A stretch of 64,000 nt of DNA, taken from Gordius albopunctatus. Taxonomy: Eukaryota. The translations under genes and the position numbers were made by a program. The stretch is taken from contig OZ193909.1 of NCBI GenBank assembly GCA_964276515.1, positions 11,470,001 to 11,534,000 of the forward strand. Reading direction: 5' to 3'. The notes under the pieces were generated by a model. That model was not told the DNA's origin. It worked only from the letters and a program-made list of their open reading frames with translations, and made no database searches. This document shows, piece after piece, positions 24,833-36,503 of the stretch (position 1 is the first letter of the stretch; every line of letters begins with the position of its first letter).

Positions 24833-25360
24833 CTAGAGAACTGCACGGGTGACCCGACCCGAACCCGACCCGATATTGGGTTGGGGTCGAAAATTTTGAA
24901 ATGTCTTCGGGTCGGGTTCGGGTTGAAAATTTTAATATGCCTTCGGGTCGGGTCGGATTTAAAGTGTCGGGTCAAGGGTTATGAGTCTTACATTGCACAA
25001 TACACGAGACATATCTTTAAAAATAATGCTATTATGTATAATATTTTTTAATTAATATTGAAATTTATAATTGAAGATCATTCATTAAATTAATTTAAAT
25101 TCATTTTGTTTTTTTTTTAAATCTGATTGTTTTAATTTGGACGAAAATTCAAATTTGGCTCGTGAAAGGTAAAATATATCAACAAAATAATATTTTTAAA
25201 TTGTATTTAAATAGTGTGAAGTGGTAGTTTATTATTAATTTATAGTACATAAATATATATTCATAAAACAAATAAGATTATGTTTAAATTTATTAAATAA
25301 TTCATTGTAAAAATTCTATATTTCAAATTGAATGTGACCTGGGACTGTATGTTATAATAT
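24833..25360 (+). mobile_element. hAT left end with CCCGA/TCGGG subterminal repeats
   Basis: TAGAGAACTGCACGGG terminus, similar to the TIR of the 22186-23633 element, followed by acccgacccgaacccga and tcgggtcgggt arrays. The right boundary is uncertain. Confidence 0.6.
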
Positions 25361-25394
25361 ATATATATATATCTATAATAAATCATGTAAAATC

Positions 25395-28114
25395 TCTACC
25401 TAGCCAGAAATACCTTGTAGTGGTGGTTGAGCTTGTGTACTCTCGTGATCTAAGAAGCTATACCTTTGGTAGTCAAACACAATTTTTATGTTTGTTACTG
25501 GTGGGGTGTCACCCTATTGGCAAGGTTCTTGGTGAAGGGTCAGACTAAAGTTTCTGGGCTTTTTGAGGGAGTACTTAGTGAAATGGAAGTGCTAGATTAA
25601 GCCTATCAATACGAGTGGTCTAAAGAAAAGTTTAATTCACCAAAATGACTGCATCATAAAGAATAGTAGGTAGTCAATCGCCAAAATCTAACATAGTTCC
25701 GTCAGGCTTGGAAGGCCGGGATATCAATACTCCCTCATTCCATATAAACCAAAATGTATACTACAACAAAGACCCAGAATGAAAATCATAGGGCGTCCCC
25801 CTTAAGTGGCGCGCGCATTCTTCGCCTGGGATGTGTGGGAAATAAACGAAAGCTACCGCTCTCTCAACAAACGGAAGCGGTTAAAGACATTAGTTTACGT
25901 ATAATAAAGTTTGGGTCATGGAATATTGGTACAATGACTAGCAAGAGCAGAGAATTGGCAAACGTTCTAAGGAGGAGAAAGATCGATATCGCTTGTATAC
26001 AAGCGACCAAATGGAAGGGCCAAAAATCAAAATACATAGGGAACGGATACAAATTATATTTTTACGGAACATAAACTCACTGGAATGACGTCGATATAGT
26101 GCTATCGGAAGAATTTCAGCAAACTATCGTCGACGTTAAAAGAATCAATGACAAAATTATGGCGATACAGCTTTGTTATAAATATACTACGATAAACTTT
26201 ATATCAGCTCTGAGATGGAAAAAGAGTGTTTTTGGAAGGAGCTTGAAGATGTTCTATCCCAATTCGGTAAAGAGGGACTAATAATTATCGGAGCGGACCT
26301 CAATGGACACGTGGGCAAATCAAGGGGAGGATTTGAAAAAAATCACGGTGGTGGGGGTTACGGCCTAAGAAATGAAGGAGGTACGGAAATTCTAGAAATT
26401 GCTCAAGCTTTTGACCTAGAAATAGGAAATATTTTCTTCAAAAAGAGACAGGAACATCTTATAACGTACAAAAGCGGCAGCCGTACCACTCAGATAGATT
26501 TCTTTCTAGTCAACAGAGCGCACTTATCAAAATGTTAAGGTAATACCGAGTAAAATATTGGCCTGCCAACACAAGCTGTTGGTGATGGACTTTATATTAA
26601 ATGGCCTTAAAGGGCAAAAGGTACAAAGAGTAGCCGCTACTATACAATGGAGGAAATTAAAGGACAATATTCAAAATTTTTATAAACAAGTAATTAAACA
26701 TGCTGAATTTAAAGAAAATACTTCATATGAGGATCAATGGAATGGTATAGCTGCCACAATGCGAAAAGCGGGACGACAAATACTAGGTGAAAGCAAGCCC
26801 ACTAAAAGAATTCTCAAGGAGACTTGGTGGTGGAATGAAGAAGTGCAAAAATGTATCAAGGAAAAGAAGAGATTGTACAAAGTTTGGTATAAAAGCAAGG
26901 ATAGTAATGATAAGCAAGCTTACCAAGTAGCTAAAAGATCGGCTAAAAAATTCGTAGCAAAAGCTAAAAACAAGGTGTACGACGATATAAATGTAAAACT
27001 CAACTCAAAGGAAGGAGAAAGATTAATCTACAAAATCGCAAAGTCAGGGCCCGAAATTTTAAAGATTACCTAGAATGCCGACTAATCAAGGGTCAAAAGG
27101 GAGAAATACTAACACACGACAGCCATATACTACAAAGATGGTACGACTATTATAGCGATTTATCAATTGAAAAGGGGCCTGTAGTCGAAGACACTAACCA
27201 AGAAAACACAATAAGAGAATTAAACACAGCGGACTGGATCACGGAAACGGAAATCAAAGTTGCTATTGGTAAACTTAAGTCAGGAAAAGCTCTTGGACTC
27301 GACAATATACCAATAGAGGGCTTCAAAGCGTTAGGCAATACTGGTGCACAATTCCTCGTCAACCTTTTCAACAATATCTTGAAAACGGGTAAAATTCCTA
27401 ACGAGTGGAGGGATAGCTACATGATCCCGATATACAAGATGAAAGGGGACATTCAGGATTTCAACAATTACAGAGGGATAAAGCTTATGAGTCACATTTT
27501 CAAGGTGTGGAAAAAAGTGATCGAAAAACGGCTTCGGAATTTGGTTCAAATTCGAGATAACCTATTCGGATTTATGCCGGAGAGGTCTACAGCAGACGCC
27601 CTAAACAGTGTTAGAAGAAAGGGAATAGGATTTGCACACGTGTTTCATCGATCTAGAAAAAGCGTTCGATAAAGTTCCTCGTAATTTAGTTTGGAAATGT
27701 CTTGAAGAAAACAATGTGCCAGAAGTATACGTCAGAGCAATAAAAGATATGTACAAGGAAAATAGAACGTACGTTAGAACATCGGTGGGGACTACAAAGG
27801 GCTTTGCCATTAACACTGGAGTCCATCAAGGTTCAGCTCTTAGTTCCTTCCTATTCATAATGATAATGGATAATATTAAAAAGGATTTGGGCGAGGAAGC
27901 TCCTTGGGCAATGATCTTTCCAGACGATATAATCCTCTGTGCCAAAAGTGAACAAGAATCGGCTAATACTGTAAATAGATGGGTAAATGCAATAGAAGAA
28001 AGTGGTCTCAAGGTAAATCGAAAGAAAACAGAATACATGAAGGCAAAGTTTAAATCGGATGAAAACCAGCAAAGTGCATCCCTTACTTTAGGCGATTGGC
28101 AACTTACAAGCGTG
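25395..28114 (+). mobile_element. RTE-clade LINE (5' UTR, APE endonuclease, RT), frameshifted and 3'-truncated at the Penelope element
   Basis: GSWNIGTMT, IACIQATKWKG, GADLNGHVG, TTQIDFFLV, ETWWWNEEV, NYRGIKLMSH, FIDLEKAFDKVPR, GVHQGSALS, MIFPDDI, KVNRKKTEYM across ORFs 25754-28171. Confidence 0.93.
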
Positions 28115-30121
28115 ATTTTCTTCATAGATATGTTTTCGGGAATTGTCGAGGGTGTTAAAAAATTATTGTAGTAAATATAATATTTCGTCCTCATAGAGGA
28201 CATCGTCAGATAAGTAAAATAGATTTAAATAAAATAGATTTAAATAAAATAAAATATAAACTAAATGGAATGTTCTTTTGGTAGTGATAAATTAGTGTGT
28301 ATCCAAGGGTAGAGGGGTACTCTTCCCATATCTTCATTTAAAGTGGGGTTAAGTCTTCTAATAAAGAAGGACTCTAACGTCTTCCTTTCAAAATATGATT
28401 TTGTAAAAAGTAGAATTGATTGTTTAAGTTTTGACGTATGATTTTTCTTTAAAATGTGGTTAGATACTCCTGTAGGTACGCCGTTGGGGCGAAATAAAGC
28501 TGCCAAGTGTTCTTTAAGCCTAACTCTTAAGTCTCTTTTTGTTTCCCCAATGTAAAACTGGTTGCAATCACTACAAGTAATTTTATAGATAACGTTATTT
28601 GTCTGTAAATCGGATTCATAGTTATTTTGTAATATTGTTAAGAGTGATTCATTAGGTTTTTGTGTGATGATGATGTTATTAATATTATTCCTTTTTAAAA
28701 TTTTTTTAATGCTTTTTAAAAATGTAAATGGTAACGATGGGTGATGCGGAAAATGTATAAATGTTTTATCATTAATATTTTTTTGCTTATTTTCAGTTAA
28801 AAAACATTTTTTTAGAATATTATTGAAAAGTTGATTTGGATATCCAAGAGAACAGAATGTTTCATATAAATAAACCATTTCTTTAATATATGCGGATTGT
28901 GAAGACGATAAATGAATTGCTCGATTAATAAGCCAGCTTAAAGTATTGACTTTAAAAGTGAAAGGAGTAAAACTATTAAAAGGAATATAGTTCAAACGTG
29001 ATTCCGTAGGTTTGTGATAAACCTGAGTATGAAAATTATTTTGATTCCTGGTAATTAAAACGTCCAGAAAAGGCAAACATTGATTCGTTTCAATTTCAAA
29101 TGTAAATTTTATGTTAATATGAAATGAATTTAATAGATTTAAAAAGTTATTTAAATCATTATCTAAGTTTTGATTCCAGATTGCAAATATATCGTCAACA
29201 TATCTACACCAAAAAGGTGGAAATGAGGGATGTTTTGATAATTCATTTTCTAAATGTGATAAAAATATATTTGCGAGTACAGGGGCAATAGGCATCCCCA
29301 TAGCACAACCATCAATTTGGTCATAATTTATATGATTGAATTTAAAATTATTTTTTTGTGTGCAAAATAATAATAATTCTTTAAAAATATTTTCCGGAAA
29401 TGGTAAACTATCATTTTCTTTTAATTTATTTACACAAATATCAATTGTTTCCACTATGGGAATCTGAGTAAATAAATTTTTTACATCAAAGCTGATCATA
29501 TGAATGTTCGAAGATTTTTGTGCCTTAAGACGTGTTATAAAATCAAGTGAGTTTTTTATTGAATATTTGTTTTTGGAAATCGGTGATAAAAATTTGATTA
29601 AAAATTTTGAAAGATTATAATTGTAGGCGTTATATGTTGACATGATTGGACGAAGAGGAATGTTAGGCTTATGTATTTTTGGGATACCATATAATTGAGG
29701 TGTTCTAGGGTTTGAGGATCTAACATAATTGTAATCTTCCTTTGATAAAAGATTTTTGCGAAATAGATTGATTAAAATTTTATTAAGTGCCTTTTCTCGA
29801 GCCTGGGTTGGGTCCTTATTTAATATGATGAAATGCTTTTTATCATTAAGTATTTCATACATTTTAGCCATGTAATCCTTCATGTCCATCAGAACGATTT
29901 GTCCTCCCTTATCTGCTCTAGTAATTTTTAAATCTTTATTCATTTTAACTTTTTTTATTGCATCCTTAAATATATTATCTTTAGGTTGATGTTTTTGTAT
30001 TTTAATATTATTGAGTTTGTATCCTATCTGTGTATTCAAATGTTCTAGAATTCTATTATTTTCAGGGTTTTCTCGTTTAACTGTTTCTAATAATTTCTCG
30101 ACCTGAAGTATTGCTATCAGT
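28115..30121 (-). mobile_element. Penelope-like retroelement, 5'-truncated, with its 3' pLTR/UTR at 28115-28260
   Basis: RT plus GIY-YIG ORF followed by an AT-rich 3' region that contains a hammerhead motif. Confidence 0.9.
28176..28212 (-). ncRNA. Minimal type I hammerhead ribozyme in the Penelope 3' pLTR
   Basis: The minus strand reads UAU-CUGACGA-U-GUCCUC-UAU-GAGGAC-GAAA-UA-UU-AUA: conserved core, 6-bp stem II, palindromic AAUAUU as stem III and a 3-bp stem I. Confidence 0.8.
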
Positions 30122-30156
30122 CTTACTACTTTAAAGCACAATTTACACTTCCACAT
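28261..30156 (-). CDS. Penelope reverse transcriptase/GIY-YIG endonuclease ORF, uninterrupted for 631 aa
   Basis: RADKGG, LYGIPKIHKPNIPLRPI, SFDVKNLFT, GCAMGMPIAP, RYVDD, LPFLDV; C-terminal GIY-YIG VIYKITCSDCNQFYIGETKR...RLKEH. Confidence 0.93.
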   Translation of the reverse strand: MWKCKLCFKVVRLIAILQVEKLLETVKRENPENNRILEHLNTQIGYKLNNIKIQKHQPKDNIFKDAIKKVKMNKDLKITRADKGGQIVLMDMKDYMAKMYEILNDKKHFIILNKDPTQAREKALNKILINLFRKNLLSKEDYNYVRSSNPRTPQLYGIPKIHKPNIPLRPIMSTYNAYNYNLSKFLIKFLSPISKNKYSIKNSLDFITRLKAQKSSNIHMISFDVKNLFTQIPIVETIDICVNKLKENDSLPFPENIFKELLLFCTQKNNFKFNHINYDQIDGCAMGMPIAPVLANIFLSHLENELSKHPSFPPFWCRYVDDIFAIWNQNLDNDLNNFLNLLNSFHINIKFTFEIETNQCLPFLDVLITRNQNNFHTQVYHKPTESRLNYIPFNSFTPFTFKVNTLSWLINRAIHLSSSQSAYIKEMVYLYETFCSLGYPNQLFNNILKKCFLTENKQKNINDKTFIHFPHHPSLPFTFLKSIKKILKRNNINNIIITQKPNESLLTILQNNYESDLQTNNVIYKITCSDCNQFYIGETKRDLRVRLKEHLAALFRPNGVPTGVSNHILKKNHTSKLKQSILLFTKSYFERKTLESFFIRRLNPTLNEDMGRVPLYPWIHTNLSLPKEHSI

Positions 30157-30678
30157 TTTATTTGATTCATCCTTGGATTTTGGGAAATTTTTGAGCAGCT
30201 TGCTCTTTTTTGAGTTGGATGAGGAACTTGTTGCGCATAATTCATTATAGGTCTGAAATTTTTATATTATATAATAATGATATACAAATAAGTAATAAAT
30301 ACATAATTAATTGTTCATATACTCTAAGGGCCACATGTTGTCTATTGAATAAAATTATATTACAAATTTGAAATTCGCACGAAGCGGATAATTAGGTGCG
30401 TAAGTAATTTAGTATCAAAAGTTTCAAATTCATATTAATTTGATTTAATATCCTAAATGTAATAAAATAAATTTTAATTAGCTAAATTAAGTCTCAATAG
30501 TTAAAAATAAAAAGCCGAGATCTCGACTATAAAATCTCGTCTCATCTCGTCTCGGGGTAAAAATTCTCGTCTCGATCTCGACTCAATTCTTAAAATTCTC
30601 GTCTCGTCTCCGTTTATCGAGACGAGTTTTTCGAGACGAGACGAGACCGAGATTTTTCTCGGTTTTTCCCCATCAATA
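30122..30678 (-). mobile_element. 5' end of a hAT element (GAGAC-type subterminal array) with the start of a BED-finger-like exon
   Basis: Terminus TATTGATGGGG on the minus strand (30678), gagacgagaccgaga/tctcgtctcg arrays at 30515-30660, acceptor tttcag at 30253, then KKSKLLKNF...MWKCKLCFKVV. Confidence 0.6.
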
Positions 30679-32255
30679 GTTATTTTGGTATAAAATTAAT
30701 GATAAATCTTGAATTTCAAGTTTTATCATTGAGGGGTTCTATGTTTAGGTGTTAATGAGTTAAATAATGTTTGTCAATAATGTTCATTTTTTGTAGACCA
30801 AAGTATGACAAGAATTGGAAAAATTAATTTTTTTACATAATTTTGGTTAGCCAATATTAAAACTAAGAAAAAACTTTTCTATTAGACTAAGGTAACAATC
30901 TTTTACAAAGCTATTTAATAATTGAGCATTACAACAAATGCAAAATTTCCCGTAATTTCGAAAACAATTTTATATATTGAAATACACATTTATAAGATCT
31001 TTTACAATGGATTTTAAGAATCTAAATAATATTTTTGGTCAATGTGTGAATGGATAATTTTAACAAAGGAAAGGACCTTATTAAAATTTACCCTCAATCG
31101 ACAGAAATAATTAATATTAGATTATAATTAAAGTTTAAAGCAATATATGGAAAAACTCTAAATATATTTAAAGGTGGACCACAAACATTATCATTTGCTC
31201 TACATTTGTTTAGAAACTTAGCTCAATTTTAAAATGCTATAATTTAAATTTTTTGATATTACAAACTTAATTACATTTAATAATAAATTTCCAATAATAT
31301 CCACCATTTTTAATTCAGTTTATCTTTTATTTTTTAAAAACCATGACATCTTATTTTACAATATCTAAACAAAATTTAAAATATAACAATTGCAAATTTT
31401 TGTGCATTTTTCAATAATTTTTAGGAATTTACCTTTCAGGACACTTGAAACCCATACCCATGTCTTACCAGTAAAGGACGTTTCTTTCAATATTAAAAGT
31501 TTTTCTTATTGTTTTAATTTTTAGAAAAGATTCATTCAATACAATTTTTTAAAAAATTGTTTTTATTACTTTAAAGCTTTTTAAATATAATATATATTTT
31601 TTTGTTCAGTATATTATATAAACCTTGTCTAATTTAAAGGACATTAAAATTTATGGTTTTAAGGCTTATTTTTACTTCCTATATATTATTTAAACACATG
31701 GACTTAAACGTTTGTCTTAAATATTTTGAGGTCAACTTTGAGGCTTTATCCAGGGTTAATAAGGAATCTTAATATGCCCAAATATATAACTAAGTCAAAT
31801 ATAGGTGAACTTATATATTTCTAAGTCTATTTATATTTGACAAACACTGTGATTTTGATACAAATGTTATAATTTGATAGTATTTTAAAATTTAATAAAG
31901 TCTTCAATTAGTTAGTATATATTTATTGCATATAAGTTTCAGCTATAAAACACTCACAGTATTGGTCTAAACTCAACTCAAAAAGTGTCAATAAACACCA
32001 TCATTAAATTCTAAAAGTAATGCATAATTATGCTATTTTATATATTATACAATTTAAATCAAATTTATTTATAGTTTTTTTAATTTGCACTTTCCAAAGA
32101 AAATGTTATCATTAGCGTGTCGCGCTAAATATTTAAAAAGTTAGTAAATTAAGGTTTTTTTTAAAAATATAAAGGTTTGGATATTTTAAGACTTATTTAA
32201 AAATTTTAATAGAATAAGAAAGGGTTTTATTTCGTATAAATCTTTTTCAACAAAG

Positions 32256-32400
32256 TCGAGACGAGACGAGAATTATCGTAGAGATGAGATCAGACCGAGA
32301 TTTTCCTAGACCGAGACGAGACAAGACCGAGATTTTTATAATCGCTCTCGAGACGAGACGAGATTTTGCATTCGAGACCGAGACAAGACGAGATCGAAAC
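32256..32400 (+). repeat. GAGAC subterminal repeat array (hAT remnant) related to 30515-30660
   Basis: Repeated gagacgagac and gaccgagatttt units. Confidence 0.65.
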
Positions 32401-32871
32401 ATTATTCATAAATATTTTTCATAAGCCTTATATATGCGTCAGACTTGGGACCGTCGTAGGTAGTGTTGGATGTTAGGGTGTTAATATAATTGAAATACAT
32501 TTGATTTTTTTAGTTCAGTCAAGCTCCATCGGACCTTGAACCACATGTACAAAGCTCTAAATATTTTGTTAAATATAATAAGTTCAAAATGTTCATGAGT
32601 GCTACTCAGATGTCCTTAGAATTTTAATTAAATAAATCTTAAAAGTAAATTTAAAATTCAGTAAAATAGTATAAAGCCTTAACTTATGTTAGACCAAATA
32701 TATACAAAGATGATTCTATTATGAGTTCATATATTTTGTTAAAAGTAACTAAGAATGAAAAATCAAATAAATTTTTTATTATTTTTTTTACAAAATATTA
32801 TACTTTGACAATAAAAACTTAACTTTTTTCAGTACCTTTATTGGATGCCTGTGTGCTATCTTTTATAATAT

Positions 32872-33033
32872 CATGGGCGTAGCAAGGGGGCAGGGAGGGG
32901 CGGCTGCTCCCTCTAAATTCAAAAATTTGTTAAAATGTATTGATATTATAGCTAAAATTTGAAAAAATGTTTATTTTGCCCCACTCTAAATCATTCTTGC
33001 CCCACTTTAATTCCAATGCTGGTGACGCCCATG
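32872..33033. mobile_element. hAT-type MITE (CATGGGCGTAGC family)
   Basis: TIRs catgggcgt / acgcccatg with a perfect 8-bp TSD tataatat. Confidence 0.88.
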
Positions 33034-35072
33034 TATAATATGGTGAGCTTGAGAAATTATATTTTATATTATTGGTACACAGCAAAATGTCACCTGTATG
33101 GGAAAGCTTTTAGATCATATTATATATTCCATTGTTATAAACTTACTCATTAAGCCAATTATAGAGTCAATCAATAAAATGTGTAGAGTGGTATACATTG
33201 TAATAGGTTAAAATTGATGAAAAATATATATAAACAAATTCTAAGTGGTATTAGAAATTTTTAATTATCTTATGGGAAATTGTAATAATTCAATATTAAA
33301 CGGAGTCAAAAATTCTAAAAATATTGACGACAAGGTTCTTGATTCAGACATATGGTAATAAATATTTCAATTGTATATTACTTTTCAAAAATGTAAGCAT
33401 GTTTGCAAAACATTTTTTATATCATTATTTATTTACATATACTAAATTTATAATTTCTCCTAAACTAAAGGCCCAATATGTCTTACATTTAAGAAGATTA
33501 TAAAATTAGATCGTTAGAATGCAACAGAGTCCACATAAATGCTAAAAAAAATTTTAATTACTGTATCATTAACTTCCCCGAATTTATTTATTAAAAATTT
33601 TAAAAGGTTTTTGATTTAGACGGAGTCCAATAATCGCATTGTATTAATCACTTGATTATAGGCCTTGCGATTTTTGTATAAAATATTAATGAGCACATCT
33701 GGTTAAGAAAATTAATTTAAATTTATGGATATAGTTGTATCAAAAGGCTTAAAGGTCTTAAATGGAAAATAATTTTTAGCATTTTTTCCTATTCTGATTA
33801 CTATAATGTGTATGACAGGAAACTTCGATTAGGGGCGCGCACATAACTTATTCGATTTAAAATAATCTAAATTGAATTTCATAAAAAATCATCATAGTAG
33901 TGTTAACCAAAGCGGAAATGTATTTAAAGTTGGAACTGAGAGGCGTTAAACAAGAAATCCCCATTCTTCAATACTACTAGTCTCTCTATCTCCCCCCTAG
34001 TTTATAGGCGCAGCCAGAGCACACAATCAATTTTTATCATCATCAATAAATAAATTACATAATACATGCTCGACTCGCGATCTCTCTTACGCAAAAAAGT
34101 GTATGTTAAAAAAATAATGAAGACGGGGCCATGATGGTCTTTCGGTATGGCTAGCGAGCAATGCTGAGAGGGTTGAGCCTTACATTTCGTATCGATTTTT
34201 TGGTGACTTTATTTCGCCCATTTCGAAATGGTTTTTCTCTTCCGCTTGCTTCTTTCCCCTCAAGTCAAGTGTTCATACAAACACAAGCAGCACACTAGCC
34301 GCACCGCGATCTTGTGATTTAATGAGGCAAACATAAAAATTTCTTCAGTCCAATGTTTTCAGGCTTATAAAGGTCTATAATAAATGTTTTTGGTAGTGAT
34401 ATAAGTAAACTTTTGCGCCATAGATTTCTCTTCCTTAATCCTTTATTTCCCTCCTATCCCCACAAATCATTACCTAATACGTATAACGTGCGATCAATAG
34501 GCAAACTTAAAGTTTTGTTTTCATTTTGCATAATGTTGGTTACCTATCTACCACAGCCTGTTAACTAATTTATTTAAATGCTATTAGTATATGCACTAAA
34601 ATTAATCGCGTCGATCAATTATTAGATTCCTATATAGCTCAGTGTAAATAAAAATACAATATAATTATTCAATATTCGTTTTCCGCGATGAAAAATGAAG
34701 GCGAAATCGTCGATTTACGGTAACTTAAATTGTATTTAGATAATGTTTTTATTTTACCGACACAAAGGATTTTTATAAGGCATGATAGACAGATTTATAA
34801 AAGCCAATACTCATCATAGATAACTCAACTAAAATAAAAGAAAATAGATTGATTTAAATTTAGGCAATATTAGGCTTGATTTATACTTTATTAGTACTGT
34901 GCGAAGGACTTGTTTGAAACTCTTTATTAAAAATACTTATAAAGAATGATTATTTTTCTTAGCTTTGGATATTCAATATTAAGTTTTAATTAAAATCAAT
35001 ACTATAAAAATAGAATTAATACTCATGCTTTGGCAATGTTTTGTGTGGGCGATATATATTATATCCTGTGAA

Positions 35073-35209
35073 CATAGGCGTAGCCAGGGTTTGAATTAGA
35101 GGGGGGGGCAATAATGATTTAGGGAGGGGCAAAATTATTATTTTTCAAATTTTAGTTATAATTATATTGGGGGGACCCCTCTCCCTGTCTCCCCCTGGCT
35201 ACGGCCATG
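35073..35209. mobile_element. hAT-type MITE (CATGGGCGTAGC family)
   Basis: cataggcgtagccaggg / ccctggctacggccatg; TSD cctgtgaa/cttgtgga. Confidence 0.8.
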
Positions 35210-36503
35210 CTTGTGGACATTGGAATTTTTAACCTGCCCAATATATTATTAAACTTCATTTAACCACACTAGGCCCGACCTACACCTAGTTTATAAATCC
35301 TCATTCCCAAAGAACCCACTTAAACCAACGACGGCTCAAAATGGAGCGCCATACACATCCTTTTAATGGCTATAAAATTATTTGGCTTAGGATTTTTATT
35401 ACCCACTGCCCAACCCCAATCTAAATTTTTGAGTTTGGTTTAACTTCAGCGAGATTTATCTATATTTATGGCTTTAATCAGTCTAAGCTACTTCAACCTT
35501 ATAAAGATCATTTGGTTAACCATTTAATTGTTTTGTTGCTTTTATAATATTTCTTATGGGACTCTAAATCAAAAATTTTAGTGATTTAATTTAATTAAAA
35601 GAATTTTTATTAGAACACATTAACCTAGGAAGTAAGTTTTTATTGTAATACATAACACATTAATTTACTGTTGGTATTGTTTAAAAACTTGATCAATTTG
35701 AAATAGTAATTTTTTTAATTCAATACTTTCCTACATTAGGTGTATTGAAATCACAATGCTATAATTATAGATTCGGCTAAACTATAACATTTGAGCCACC
35801 ATATAATAGATCCAGAGCTGTTAAAGTTACTTTCACAAAAAATGTAACTTACAGTTACAGTTACTTAACTGATGGAACTAGTTACACCTAAAGTTACTCT
35901 AGTAAATTTGAAAAAACGATATTTTTTAATATTATTAATTTATTTAAACATTTGTATAAAAATCTGAGGGTAATAAATGATTATTCGATTTCAATAAAAC
36001 GTTATGTCATCTAATAAGCTGGTCCCCTTTTCACTGAATATTAATTTACCGAGACTAAAAAGACGCTCGATCGGGGGGGGGGGCGCTGGGGTACATTGAA
36101 ATTAATAAAAAGTTTCTTCAAATTAGTGAGATTATTATGTAATAATATAATATCATTATTAATATTCGAATTGATAAGAGTGTGAATGCAATCTTAAATA
36201 CTTTCCGCCTTTGAAAGATTAAAAATATCTAACGTATTAGATCTAGGTCCTGTCTTTACTCCTGGTTAGGAATCAATGAATTTATGTAATTTGAAGTGTC
36301 TTCTCTCTTATTTTTGACGGATCCACGGCCAACTTGTTTTAAAAATTGGATTTATAATAAAGGGTAATAAGGCATTATCATCCACTGTAACTTTACTGGA
36401 GTCATTTGACCTTTAGTAATTCGTGCTCCTTTTTCCCCAGCTTTATTTAAATTTTCTATTTATTAAGTCAAGACATTCCAAAAATATTAATTTACGCTAA
36501 AAA

